Assembly (NCBI GenBank): GCA_047285535.1
Contig: JBJBDC010000001.1
Coordinates: 2,304,136-2,368,135 of the forward strand
DNA from: Synechococcus sp.
GTDB taxonomy: Bacteria > Cyanobacteriota > Cyanobacteriia > PCC-6307 > Cyanobiaceae
Direction: 5' to 3'
Length of the DNA stretch: 64,000 bases
In this document: positions 54,899-64,000 of the stretch, in pieces
Layout of the letters: the number at the start of each line of letters is the position of its first letter
Numbering within the stretch: position 1 is the first letter of the stretch
Program-made: the position numbers and the translations under genes
The notes under the pieces: generated by a model
Told to the model about the DNA's origin: nothing
The model's database searches: none
Seen by the model: the letters and a program-made list of their open reading frames with translations, nothing else

Positions 54899-55867
54899 TC
54901 AGTCTGGCGTTTCTAGAAGATGCAGAGAGAGATCATCCTCTGGATCATGCCAGCGGCGCACCCAACGCCATCCCGCCTGTTGCGCTAGCGCAAGAGCACG
55001 TTCAGGGCTGTATTTGAGGCTGCACTCGGTGATCAGTGGTTCATTGCGTTTGAAAGTCCAGCTCTCACCTGCGATCGTGATGGTCTGTTCGCAGCTGCTG
55101 ATCAACGCCATCTGCACGCGCTGTTGCTCAGCTTGCCAGCGTGCTTGGTATTGAAAGCATGCGGGATCAAAATTGGCTCCTAGATCGGTATTCAGGCGAC
55201 ACAGCAAGTTGCGTGCGAAGGCTGCTGAAATTCCAGCAGCATCGTTATAGGCGGCTTCGAGTCGGACCTGGCTTTTGGGTTGGTCGAGGCCAAGAAGGAG
55301 AGGTCCTCCGTTCAGTAATTGTCTGAAATGGCGTAGCACTCTGACGGCATCATGCTCTTCAAAATTGCCGAGTGAGCTGCCTGGAAAGAAACCGATGAGT
55401 CTCTTGTTGGAGAGGAATCGGTGTGCTGGTAATGCAGCAAGTGTGCTGTGATCACAACAGATTCCCAGCATCGAGACCTCAGGGTGGCGTTGCTGCAGGG
55501 CCGAAGTGGCCTGGCGTAGATGGTCAGCACTGATGTCGAGGGCCACATAGGCCGAAGGGTGAGCGGCTTCGAGAAGAGGTCCCACCTTTTGGGCGCTACC
55601 AGCGCCGAATTCAACGATCACACCTTCACCGATGGCCGTCGCGATGTCATGGGCACAAGACTTGAGCAGAGCGATTTCAATGCGTGTGAGGCTGTATTCG
55701 GGTTGCTCACAAATGCGATCGAAGAGGCGGGAGCCTTCCGCGTCGTAAAGAAACCAGGCCGGGAGTTGGCGCGGGTGACGGTTGAGCCCGATCCGGACGA
55801 GATGTTCCATATCCGCCGCTTGCGGATGGAGGTCAATGAGTTCGATCTGTTGAGAGGTGGTGGTCAT
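54899..55867 (-). CDS. egtD: L-histidine N-alpha-trimethyltransferase
   Basis: YDAEGSRLFDRIC..PEY, EFGAGS, FPGSSLGN, AAYND. Confidence 0.95.
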   Translation of the reverse strand: MTTTSQQIELIDLHPQAADMEHLVRIGLNRHPRQLPAWFLYDAEGSRLFDRICEQPEYSLTRIEIALLKSCAHDIATAIGEGVIVEFGAGSAQKVGPLLEAAHPSAYVALDISADHLRQATSALQQRHPEVSMLGICCDHSTLAALPAHRFLSNKRLIGFFPGSSLGNFEEHDAVRVLRHFRQLLNGGPLLLGLDQPKSQVRLEAAYNDAAGISAAFARNLLCRLNTDLGANFDPACFQYQARWQAEQQRVQMALISSCEQTITIAGESWTFKRNEPLITECSLKYSPERALALAQQAGWRWVRRWHDPEDDLSLHLLETPD

Positions 55868-57072
55868 TGGGCCAGGCGAAGGCCAGCCGCCATCCAGCGG
55901 CTGGAGGGAGCAAAAAAATTGCGGTAGGTGTTACGGGCATGCCCATGTGGTGTGAGCTGGCTGCTGCCGCGCAATACAAACTGAGAGGTCATGAATTTGC
56001 CGTTGTATTCACCGATGGCCCCTGTGGTTGCTTGAAATCCTGGATAGGGCCGATAAGGACTAGAGGTCCATTGCCAAAGCTCGGCGTGGCTTTGCAGGAG
56101 CTGAAGCCCATGCTCTTGTGCAGCCACCTCCCATTCGGCTTCTGTGGGCAGGTGGGCTCCAGCCCACCGTGCGTAGGCATCGGCCTCAAACCAGCTCAGA
56201 TGGCGAACAGGACGATGGACGTCCAGGGGGCAGCGTCCTGCCAGGGTGAACTCCCAGTCCCAGGTTGTTTGGTCTGGCTGTGTTTTGCGCCAATAACAAG
56301 GTGCCTGCCATTGATGTTCTGATCGCTGGGCCCAACCTTCACTCATCCAAAGTTCGGGTCGCTCATATCCCCCGTCATCGATAAAAGCGGCAAACTCACC
56401 GTTGCTGACCAAGCGATCCGCCATGGAAAAAGGCTCCAGCCAGACGCGATGTCGTGGTTCTTCATTGTCGAAATGGAAGTCATGGTCTTTGCTGTCGCTG
56501 TTCACTCCGATCTCAACGAGGCCGCCTGCGCAGTCCAGCCAGACGGTTCCCTTCGCTTCTGTGGGAAGCCCTTTTGGTTCTTGCCAATTTGCTCGATAGG
56601 CAGGCTCCAGGGGCTGACGACTGAAGCCATCCAACACATCCATCAACATCAGCTCTTGATGCTGTTGTTCATGCTGGAGTCCCAGTTCTACAAGATCTAG
56701 CAATGAGGCATCGTTGCTGCTTTTGAGAAGATCTTCGAGAGCCTTGTTCACCTTGTGTCGCCAGACGATCACCTCAGTGATCGGCGGTCTGCTGAGCAAC
56801 CCCCTTTGAGGTCTGGGTTGCCGAGGGCCAAGCGCTTCGTAATAGGAATTGAAAAGATAGTTCCAGCGGGGATCTGCTCCTTCATAACCAGGGCAGTGGG
56901 GAGTTAGAACGAAGGTTTCAAAAAACCAGGTGGTGTGAGCGAGATGCCACTTTGGTGGGCTCGCATCGGCCATGCCCTGGAGGCAAAGATCTTCGGCTTC
57001 AAGTGGCTCAATCAAGACCTCGCTGGTGCGTCTCACGTCCATCAGCCGGCTGAGCAGCGTGCCGGAGTCCAT
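55864..57072 (-). CDS. egtB: Ergothioneine biosynthesis sulfoxide synthase
   Basis: DASPPKWHLAHTTWFFE, HEQQHQE iron-binding motif, FGE-like domain, EYNGKFM. Confidence 0.95.
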   Translation of the reverse strand: MDSGTLLSRLMDVRRTSEVLIEPLEAEDLCLQGMADASPPKWHLAHTTWFFETFVLTPHCPGYEGADPRWNYLFNSYYEALGPRQPRPQRGLLSRPPITEVIVWRHKVNKALEDLLKSSNDASLLDLVELGLQHEQQHQELMLMDVLDGFSRQPLEPAYRANWQEPKGLPTEAKGTVWLDCAGGLVEIGVNSDSKDHDFHFDNEEPRHRVWLEPFSMADRLVSNGEFAAFIDDGGYERPELWMSEGWAQRSEHQWQAPCYWRKTQPDQTTWDWEFTLAGRCPLDVHRPVRHLSWFEADAYARWAGAHLPTEAEWEVAAQEHGLQLLQSHAELWQWTSSPYRPYPGFQATTGAIGEYNGKFMTSQFVLRGSSQLTPHGHARNTYRNFFAPSSRWMAAGLRLAQ

Positions 57073-57168
57073 GGGAGGTTGGTGCACTCAAAATGACCTT
57101 AATGAGATCAAGCTGCGAGTGCTTTCGTACAAGTCCCCCTACCATCAGCCCATCTAGGCCATGTCGTT

Positions 57169-59220
57169 GTGATCGGCACGCTGCTGGCTGAGCGCTATCG
57201 CTTGGATCAATGCCTCACTGCAGAAGAAACTGCACCTCAGGGACACCTTTGGCGTGGAACGGATCTACTGGCCGCAGATGCGCCAGTGGCATTGCGTCAG
57301 CTTCAGGATCCCGAAGCGCAAGAGCGATTTCGTCAGCTCTGGCCAACCATGCAATCTGTGCTCCATCCGCTGATTCCACGCTTCGGGGGACTGCTGGAGG
57401 ATTTGGATTCTCTCTGGTTGGTCAGAGAGTGGCAGGAAGGATCCACTTTTAGTCGAATTCAGCAGCAGCGACGCGAGCGTCAGCTGGTGTTTGGTACCGG
57501 TGAAGTTCTCCTGCTCTTGCGTCAACTTCTGCCGGTTTTAGGAGTACTCCATGCCAAGGGTCTGGTCCATGGAGATATCAATCCGAGCAATCTTCTTCGC
57601 CGAGATCAGGATGGATTGCCGGTTGTGTTGGACTTTGGCCTTCTCCAGCGCCTAGGCGAGGAGCCGATCTTGGGAGCCACGGCGGTCTATGCCCCAAGGG
57701 GTCAAGGTCGTGGAGAGAAGGCCGCCCCGTGGATGGATTTGCATGCCTTGGGTGTTACGGCATTGACGCTGTTGAGCGGTCGTCCTTCAGAGGCGTTGCT
57801 GCCGCCGGATGCCAGCGCATGCCAGTGCCCCCCTGAGCTGGATCTCCATGAGGGGTTCCGTGATGTGTTGGAACGGCTGCTCAGTGAAGCGCCAGGTCGT
57901 CGTTTTGACCAAGCCGCAGAGGTTTTGCAGGCTCTGAAAAAGGTTCCAATGCCGGATTCGACCGGTCCAACGCCGAGTTCCACTCGGACGGTCGTGCTTG
58001 CGCCTGTTGTTCTGGATTCTCCTGAACTTCCCGCCTTGGATTCGCAGGTAGTCGCTTCCGCTTCGTCTGAGCCCCGCCGCCGTCAGCGCGCTGAGGAGCG
58101 CCAAGAGGCTGCGGAAGGACGCTTGTGGCCGGTGGTGCTTGCCCTGTTGTTGTCAGCTGTGGTTGGCACCGTGATTGGCTGGTTTTTGCTGAGCCGCGGC
58201 AATGCTCCAGCCGGCGTGCCCTCCACAGAACGAGATGTGGTGGGCCGTTCACCAACGGCCAGCCTTCCCCCGGCAGAGGTGGATCAGCGTCAGCAACTGT
58301 TGAGTCGTCTTCGGGCTTTGCAGGTGGATCGCAGTTGGTTCTTGCAGCTTGTGGATGCCAGTTTGCTAGCCCGTTTCCCCGAACGCAGCGGCCGTTTGCC
58401 CAGTGATTCCCTGGAAGATGCTCCTTTGCGGAAGGTCTGGAACGAGTTGGCTGACGAATGGCTGGCCAGGGTGGAGCAGCTCCCTCCCGCTCTGCGCAGC
58501 CGATTGGGACAGCTGGATCCTAAGGATTGGCAGACGCAGCGCCAGGCACTGGTTGCTCAAGGCGTGAATGAGAGGGTGGTGGAGCAGCTGGTTTCTGTGG
58601 CTGCGAAAACTCTTTTGCCTGGCGTTCCCACTGGGACGAAGCCACCAGAACCCTTCCGTCAGCTCTGGTATGCAGCTGCCTTGCGCAGCCTGGAGGAGGT
58701 TCAAATTGAAAAGGTGAAGGCAGGGGCTGAGAGGGCCACGGTGCTTTCAAGTCGGGTTCCAGCTGATAGCGCCCGTCTGATTTCGATTCAGGTTCCGCCT
58801 GGCCGTCGGCTGGTGCTTGGAATTAACGGAACGCCCTTGATGCAGATGACTGTCTACGGAGCCGATGGCTCTGTGGCTGCTGAACGTGGTCCATTGAGGG
58901 TGGTCACCCTGCCGCCGGAAGTGGGCACGCCTGTGCAGGTGCTTGTGACGAATGAAGGAGTGTCTTCCGGGATCCTTACACTCTCTTGTCGGGCGGATCG
59001 TCCAATCCCGAAGCCCTTGCCCAAGGTGGATCCAAATCCGATTGCTGATCCTGCGACTGGAGCAAGAGGTCCAGTGGAGGCATTGCCTGAGCCTCCGGGA
59101 CCGAAGCCAGCAGGGATTGCGGAGGACTCTCCTGAACCGGAGGTCAATCCAAAACAAGACGTTTTGAACCCAACCGAGCAGACCAGCGATCCAATCATGG
59201 ATGACACTCAGACGCCTTAA
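57169..59220 (+). CDS. Membrane-anchored Hanks-type Ser/Thr kinase-like protein
   Basis: HGDINPSN, LDFG, DLHALG; TM LWPVVLALLLSAVVGTVIGWFLL; long C-terminal domain. Confidence 0.85.
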   Translation: MIGTLLAERYRLDQCLTAEETAPQGHLWRGTDLLAADAPVALRQLQDPEAQERFRQLWPTMQSVLHPLIPRFGGLLEDLDSLWLVREWQEGSTFSRIQQQRRERQLVFGTGEVLLLLRQLLPVLGVLHAKGLVHGDINPSNLLRRDQDGLPVVLDFGLLQRLGEEPILGATAVYAPRGQGRGEKAAPWMDLHALGVTALTLLSGRPSEALLPPDASACQCPPELDLHEGFRDVLERLLSEAPGRRFDQAAEVLQALKKVPMPDSTGPTPSSTRTVVLAPVVLDSPELPALDSQVVASASSEPRRRQRAEERQEAAEGRLWPVVLALLLSAVVGTVIGWFLLSRGNAPAGVPSTERDVVGRSPTASLPPAEVDQRQQLLSRLRALQVDRSWFLQLVDASLLARFPERSGRLPSDSLEDAPLRKVWNELADEWLARVEQLPPALRSRLGQLDPKDWQTQRQALVAQGVNERVVEQLVSVAAKTLLPGVPTGTKPPEPFRQLWYAAALRSLEEVQIEKVKAGAERATVLSSRVPADSARLISIQVPPGRRLVLGINGTPLMQMTVYGADGSVAAERGPLRVVTLPPEVGTPVQVLVTNEGVSSGILTLSCRADRPIPKPLPKVDPNPIADPATGARGPVEALPEPPGPKPAGIAEDSPEPEVNPKQDVLNPTEQTSDPIMDDTQTP

Positions 59221-59232
59221 AAGAACCTGTAG

Positions 59233-59727
59233 TCAGTAACGCGCAATGGCTGCTCGCGTTTCTTTCTTGACTTGTTTCTCTTTTGCAGCGGCGCGTTTGT
59301 CATGCAGCTTGCGCCCCTTGCCCAATCCGATCGTCACCTTGATCCATGATCCCTGTAGATGCAAATTGAGCGGAATGAGCGCGAGCCCCTTTTGCTCGAG
59401 GTGACCGCGTAACTTGTTGATTTCTCGGCGATGAGCGAGTAAGCGCCTCACCCTGAGAGGGTCGTGATTGAAATAGCGGCTGGCATGGCTGTGCGGGGAG
59501 ATGTGCACGTTGTGAAGGAGTAGTTCGCCTTTCCTGATCAGGCAGAAGCCATCGCGGAGATTGGCTTGTCCTGCGCGCACAGACTTCACCTCTGTACCCA
59601 GAAGTTCGATTCCCGTTTCTAGGGTTTCAAGGATCTCGTACTGGTGCCTCGCCAGTCGGTTATCGGCTAGCAGGCGATTCGCTGCTGCCCTTGCCGCTGC
59701 ACTCTTCTTGCCACCTCCCTTTCCCAT
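59233..59727 (-). CDS. smpB: SsrA-binding protein
   Basis: [29 protein letters not shown]. Confidence 0.98.
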   Translation of the reverse strand: MGKGGGKKSAAARAAANRLLADNRLARHQYEILETLETGIELLGTEVKSVRAGQANLRDGFCLIRKGELLLHNVHISPHSHASRYFNHDPLRVRRLLAHRREINKLRGHLEQKGLALIPLNLHLQGSWIKVTIGLGKGRKLHDKRAAAKEKQVKKETRAAIARY

Positions 59728-59790
59728 CTCGCGTCAGGCCTTAGGCCGATCGGTCTCCCGACCCTATCCAGCTATCGGTACCCTGCAACC

Positions 59791-60870
59791 ATGGCGATTG
59801 TTTCTTCCAACGCTGGATCTCCGTCGGGAGCCCCCCGACAAAAGCGATCTCGAGTGGTCGATGGATCGCGTCAGGCCGATGACGCGGCTGAGTTGAGTTC
59901 TGTCAAGGAAGATGGCCTGAGGCCGCGTCGCTTGGACGATTACATCGGCCAGTGCGAGCTCAAGCAAGTGCTTGGCATTGCGATTCAGGCGACAATGGGG
60001 CGAGGCGAGGCCCTGGACCATGTTTTGCTCTATGGCCCTCCCGGGCTAGGTAAAACCACTATGGCGATGGTGCTGGCTGAAGAGCTGGGCGTGACTTGCC
60101 GGATCACCAGCGCTCCGGCTCTGGAGCGCCCTCGAGACATCGTCGGCCTGCTCGTGAATCTTCAGCCACGTGAGGTTTTGTTTATTGATGAAATCCATCG
60201 ATTGACCCGTGTTGCGGAAGAGCTCCTGTATCCGGCGATGGAGGATCGCCGCTTGGACCTCACGGTGGGCAAGGGCAGTACTGCTCGTACCCGTGCCTTG
60301 GAGTTGCCGCCATTCACCCTTGTGGGTGCCACCACCCGGGCGGGTGCGCTGAGTTCTCCTCTGCGCGATCGTTTCGGGCTGATTCAGCGCCTTGAGTTTT
60401 ATGGACAGGATGATCTGCAAGCAATCGTGATGCGGGCTGCTGGTCTCTTAGAGCTGCAGCTCTCCTCCGAGGCCTGTGCTGAGATTGCCCGTCGCTGTAG
60501 AGGAACGCCAAGAATTGCGAATCGTCTGTTGAGAAGGGTGCGCGATGTGGCCTGTGTGCGTGCAGTCTCTGGTTGTATCGATCTGCATTTGGTTGATGAA
60601 GCGCTCACGCTTCATCGCGTTGATGGCAGGGGGCTCGATGCCAGTGACAGGCGATTGTTGGAGCTATTGCTTCAGTCCCACGGAGGTGGCCCCGTGGGTC
60701 TTGAGACCTTGGCCGCGGCGCTTGGTGAGGACCCCACCACCCTTGAAGCGGTTGTGGAGCCCTATTTGCTCCAACTCGGGTTCCTGCGTCGCACTCCTCG
60801 TGGACGCGTGGTGACCGCCGCTGGCCGAGGTCATTTGGGGTGGCCGTTGGAGGAGGGAGATGTGGCATGA
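59791..60870 (+). CDS. ruvB: Holliday junction helicase RuvB
   Basis: [31 protein letters not shown]. Confidence 0.99.
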   Translation: MAIVSSNAGSPSGAPRQKRSRVVDGSRQADDAAELSSVKEDGLRPRRLDDYIGQCELKQVLGIAIQATMGRGEALDHVLLYGPPGLGKTTMAMVLAEELGVTCRITSAPALERPRDIVGLLVNLQPREVLFIDEIHRLTRVAEELLYPAMEDRRLDLTVGKGSTARTRALELPPFTLVGATTRAGALSSPLRDRFGLIQRLEFYGQDDLQAIVMRAAGLLELQLSSEACAEIARRCRGTPRIANRLLRRVRDVACVRAVSGCIDLHLVDEALTLHRVDGRGLDASDRRLLELLLQSHGGGPVGLETLAAALGEDPTTLEAVVEPYLLQLGFLRRTPRGRVVTAAGRGHLGWPLEEGDVA

Positions 60871-61676
60871 GTTTTGATCTCAGGCGTTGTTTTGTATCTG
60901 TGCTGGTTGCCGCAGGCATCGTGGTTGCCCTTGGAGCCGATCCGGTCCTTGCTCAATCGCTTCCCAAGGATCAGCATCATGAGCTGTTTGACCAGGCCCT
61001 GCGCTTCAGCCGTCAGGGCAATCCAGAGCAGGCATTGGTGAGTTGGGATCGGGTGCTGGAGCTGGCCCCAGACGATGCTGCGGCTTGGAGCAATCGCGGC
61101 AATGTTCGTCTCGTCTTAGGCGACACGGAGGGGGCGATCGCAGATCAAACCAGGGCCATCGAACTTGCGCCAATGGAAGCTGATCCCCATCTGAATCGAG
61201 GCACGGCTGAAGAGGCATTGCAGCGATGGTCAGAGGCTGAACAGGATTACAACTGGATTTTGAAACGGGATCCTCAGGATGCTTCGGCGCTTTACAACCT
61301 CGGCAATGTGCGCGGCTCTGAAGGCGACTGGGAATCTGCTGAACATCTTTATCGGCTTGCCTCTGAGGCCCGTCCTGGTTTTGCGATGGCACGCTCCAGC
61401 AGGGCACTGGCCTTGTATCAATTGGATGCGGTTGCTGAGGCTGAGCGTGAGATGCGCAATTTGATTCGCCGTTATCCGATGTTTGCCGATGCCCGAGCCG
61501 GTTTGAGTGCCCTGCTCTGGATCCGTGGCTCCCATGGTGAAGCAGAAAGCAACTGGGCCGCTGCAGCAGGCTTGGATCCGAGTTATCGCGATGCTGATTG
61601 GCTTCTTCAGGTGCGTCGCTGGCCGCCACGACCCGTCTCTGACTTACAGCATTTTCTGGCTCTGGAACGTCCATGA
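60867..61676 (+). CDS. Tetratricopeptide repeat protein with signal peptide
   Basis: AWSNRGN, PHLNRG and ALYNLGN repeats. Confidence 0.9.
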   Translation: MSFDLRRCFVSVLVAAGIVVALGADPVLAQSLPKDQHHELFDQALRFSRQGNPEQALVSWDRVLELAPDDAAAWSNRGNVRLVLGDTEGAIADQTRAIELAPMEADPHLNRGTAEEALQRWSEAEQDYNWILKRDPQDASALYNLGNVRGSEGDWESAEHLYRLASEARPGFAMARSSRALALYQLDAVAEAEREMRNLIRRYPMFADARAGLSALLWIRGSHGEAESNWAAAAGLDPSYRDADWLLQVRRWPPRPVSDLQHFLALERP

Positions 61677-62848
61677 CGATCACCACTGCTTCTCTCAACC
61701 AACGGCTTGAGGCGATCTTGCCTGAGTTGATTGAACTACGACGTCATCTGCATGCCCATCCGGAATTGAGTGGGGAAGAGCATCAGACTGCGGCACTCAT
61801 TGCCGGAGAGTTGCGGCAGTGCGGCTGGCGTGTTCGGGAAGGGGTGGGTCGTACGGGTGTGTTGGCGCAGCTCGGGCCTGAGAGTGGGCCACAATTGGGT
61901 TTGCGGGTGGATATGGATGCTCTTCCCGTGGAAGAACGCACGGGGTTGCCCTATGCCTCCCGTCAACAAGGTGTGATGCATGCCTGCGGTCATGATCTGC
62001 ACAGTTGTATTGGGTTGGGTGTTGCTCGCTTGTTGGCGCAGGAGTCGTCGTTGCCTGTAGGGATGCGATTGCTGTTTCAGCCGGCTGAGGAGCTCGCCCA
62101 GGGAGCCCGCTGGATGCGCGCTGATGGCGCGACCGATGGGCTCACGGCTTTATTTGGCGTGCATGTGTTCCCAGAACTGCCGGTGGGCTCCATCGGGGTA
62201 CGAAGCGGCAGCTTGACGGCCGCCGCTGGAGAACTGGAAATCGAAGTGATCGGTGAAGGTGGTCACGGGGCCAGACCCCATCAATCGGTGGATGCCATTT
62301 GGATCGCATCTCGGCTGGTCACGGGATTGCAGGAGGCGATCAGTCGTCGGTTGGATGCTCTGCATCCGGTGGTGATCAGTTTTGGGACAATCGAAGGTGG
62401 AAAGGCCTTCAATGTGATTGCGGATCGAGTCACCCTCCTCGGAACGGTTCGCTGCCTTTGCGCAGATCTCCATGAACGACTACCGGGCTGGATTGAGGAG
62501 ACGGTCCAGGCCATCTGTGCAGGCTTTGGAGCTCAAGCTCGAGTTCGCTACCGCTGCATCGCGCCTCCGGTGCGAAATGATCATGGGCTCACGGCTTTGC
62601 TAGAGGGCATTGCGATCGAGCAGTTGGGGGCAGAACAGGTGCAACGGCTCGAACAACCCTCACTCGGTGCTGAGGATTTTGCCGAACTTTTGCAGGATGT
62701 TCCTGGCAGCATGTTTCGTTTGGGGGTAGCAGGTCCTGAGGGATGCGCTCCGCTGCACAACGGTTATTTCAATCCTGAGGAACAGGCTCTGGGAGTGGGC
62801 GTGAAGGTGTTGACCGCAGCAATGTTGGCTTGGACTCCCGTCTTATGA
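61673..62848 (+). CDS. M20D family amidohydrolase
   Basis: RRHLHAHPELS, DMDALP, MHACGHD, FQPAEE, AEDF. Confidence 0.95.
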   Translation: MTITTASLNQRLEAILPELIELRRHLHAHPELSGEEHQTAALIAGELRQCGWRVREGVGRTGVLAQLGPESGPQLGLRVDMDALPVEERTGLPYASRQQGVMHACGHDLHSCIGLGVARLLAQESSLPVGMRLLFQPAEELAQGARWMRADGATDGLTALFGVHVFPELPVGSIGVRSGSLTAAAGELEIEVIGEGGHGARPHQSVDAIWIASRLVTGLQEAISRRLDALHPVVISFGTIEGGKAFNVIADRVTLLGTVRCLCADLHERLPGWIEETVQAICAGFGAQARVRYRCIAPPVRNDHGLTALLEGIAIEQLGAEQVQRLEQPSLGAEDFAELLQDVPGSMFRLGVAGPEGCAPLHNGYFNPEEQALGVGVKVLTAAMLAWTPVL

Positions 62849-63075
62849 GCCGTCAAACCACGACGCGGATCTATATCTTGTTGTCACTTGCGGCACCGTT
62901 GATGGTGCTGCTCGGCGTTGTGGCGATGCTGCAGCGAGAGGGCACCGACCGATGGCAGGCTCTTCCTGCCATTGTTGTGGGATCTGGTTTGGTGATCCAT
63001 GCAGTGGTGGGTCGTCGTCACCGGCGCCATCAGTTGTTGATTGCCTTGCGCAGCATCCGTTCTCAGGAGGATTGA
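62845..63075 (+). CDS. Small 2-TM protein (DUF3188-like)
   Basis: Two TM helices, DRWQALPA, basic C-terminus. Confidence 0.65.
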   Translation: MSRQTTTRIYILLSLAAPLMVLLGVVAMLQREGTDRWQALPAIVVGSGLVIHAVVGRRHRRHQLLIALRSIRSQED

Positions 63076-63076
63076 G

Positions 63077-63703
63077 ATGGCGAGTAGCTCTGAACAGTTG
63101 GCGCCCGACCCCGACGAGTTGCGTGCAGCCATCGTCTCTGGGGATCCCGTGCAGGCGATGCCAGCCTTAGCAAAATTGCGAGCTTTGCCCGATTCAGCCA
63201 ATGACAGCGTTGTGATTCCATTGCTGATTCTGGGCAGTGAGCAGCAGGCATTCTTGGTGCGTTCCTTGAGTTGCAGTGGTCTGGGTTACCGGCGCAATGA
63301 ACAGGGTTGGCAGGTACTGAGTCGTTTGCTTGTGCGAGACGAAGACCCCAATGTGCGTGCAGAAGCAGCGAATTCTTTGGCCAGCTACGGGGTCGATCGG
63401 GCCTGGCCTGTATTACGCGACAGCTTCGCGAAGGATCAGGCCTGGTTGGTGCGCTGCAGCATTCTTTCTGCCTTTGCGGAGCAGCCAGGGATCAATCCAG
63501 CCTGGTTGCTTGATCTCGGACGTCAAGCCATTGCAGATGCGGATGGCACTGTGCGCGTGAGTGGTGCTGAAATTTTGGCTCGGGTGGTGCGTGAGCAGGC
63601 CGGAGATGCCAATGGCGCTGAGGCCAGGGCGCTCCTGCAGCCGCTTCAGAAGGACGGTGATCATCGCGTGGTGGCTGCTGCATTGAATGGATTGCAGTCC
63701 TAA
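63077..63703 (+). CDS. HEAT-repeat protein (PBS lyase/NblB-like)
   Basis: DPNVRAEAANSL, DQAWLVRCS, DGTVRVSGA and DHRVVAAA repeats. Confidence 0.85.
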   Translation: MASSSEQLAPDPDELRAAIVSGDPVQAMPALAKLRALPDSANDSVVIPLLILGSEQQAFLVRSLSCSGLGYRRNEQGWQVLSRLLVRDEDPNVRAEAANSLASYGVDRAWPVLRDSFAKDQAWLVRCSILSAFAEQPGINPAWLLDLGRQAIADADGTVRVSGAEILARVVREQAGDANGAEARALLQPLQKDGDHRVVAAALNGLQS

Positions 63704-63750
63704 AAGCAGAAGTGCACCAGACCCGGAAACTGTGGCTAGCTTGTCAATAC

Positions 63751-63840
63751 CACTAGGGGTGCCTCGGCTGTCCTTGCGATAGACGGGGCTGAGATCACAC
63801 CCTCTGAACCTGATCCGGGTCATGCCGGCGCAGGGAAGTG
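63751..63840 (+). ncRNA. TPP riboswitch
   Basis: CACTAGGGGTGC..GCTGAGA..ACCC..GAACCTGATC..ATGCCGGCGCAGGGAAGTG upstream of thiC. Confidence 0.95.
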
Positions 63841-63898
63841 AATAGCGTGATCCACGGTTTTCAAGCCGGCTCCTGGCAATTCCGCTGCTGCCAAGGAC

Positions 63899-64000
63899 AT
63901 GCGTACTCAATGGGTCTCTGCTCGCAAGGGTCAGGCCAATGTGTCTCAGTTGTATTACGCCCGCCAAGGCCTGGTCACTGAGGAAATGGCCTACGTGGCC
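63899..64000 (+). CDS. thiC: Phosphomethylpyrimidine synthase, 5' end (runs off the window)
   Basis: [34 protein letters not shown]; downstream of the TPP riboswitch. Confidence 0.92.
   Translation, partial: MRTQWVSARKGQANVSQLYYARQGLVTEEMAYVA

Noticed and set aside
63413..63967. 184-aa minus-strand ORF
   Set aside because: Overlaps the HEAT gene, TPP riboswitch and thiC on the opposite strand; spurious

Overview
Largely core-genome region of a marine picocyanobacterium. Gene content and order (ycf23, uvrB, lysC, holA, cobH, mutS, psbZ, ribH, tRNA-Gly, secA, cysE, plmA-like GntR, infC, miaA, gyrB, paired crcB, mgtE, group-2 sigma, mutY, ahcY, mreBCD, srrA-like regulator, lysS, egtBD, smpB, ruvB, TPP riboswitch-thiC) point to marine Synechococcus. 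Two accessory blocks appear to interrupt this backbone. The first (~27.6-37.6 kb) holds an RND efflux pair, ~1 kb of largely non-coding DNA, a two-gene operon and a GT1/GT28 glycosyltransferase. In that operon an arginase carries an N-terminal calmodulin-like EF-hand domain and a UT-family urea channel carries a C-terminal EF-hand domain. This putative Ca2+-controlled arginine-to-urea module is the most novel-looking system in the window. The second block (~39.8-44.5 kb) holds a peptide deformylase, a PfkB kinase plus a GlnA3-like gamma-glutamyl ligase, and a divergent Na+/solute symporter with a small partner protein. Also seen: two decayed genes that the ORF track misses or splits (CsgG-like, dienelactone hydrolase), a sharp codon-usage mosaic inside ahcY, and a strong purine third-position bias in the sigma gene. 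No integrase, transposase, CRISPR array or rRNA was found. All calls are by eye from motifs; no database searches were run.
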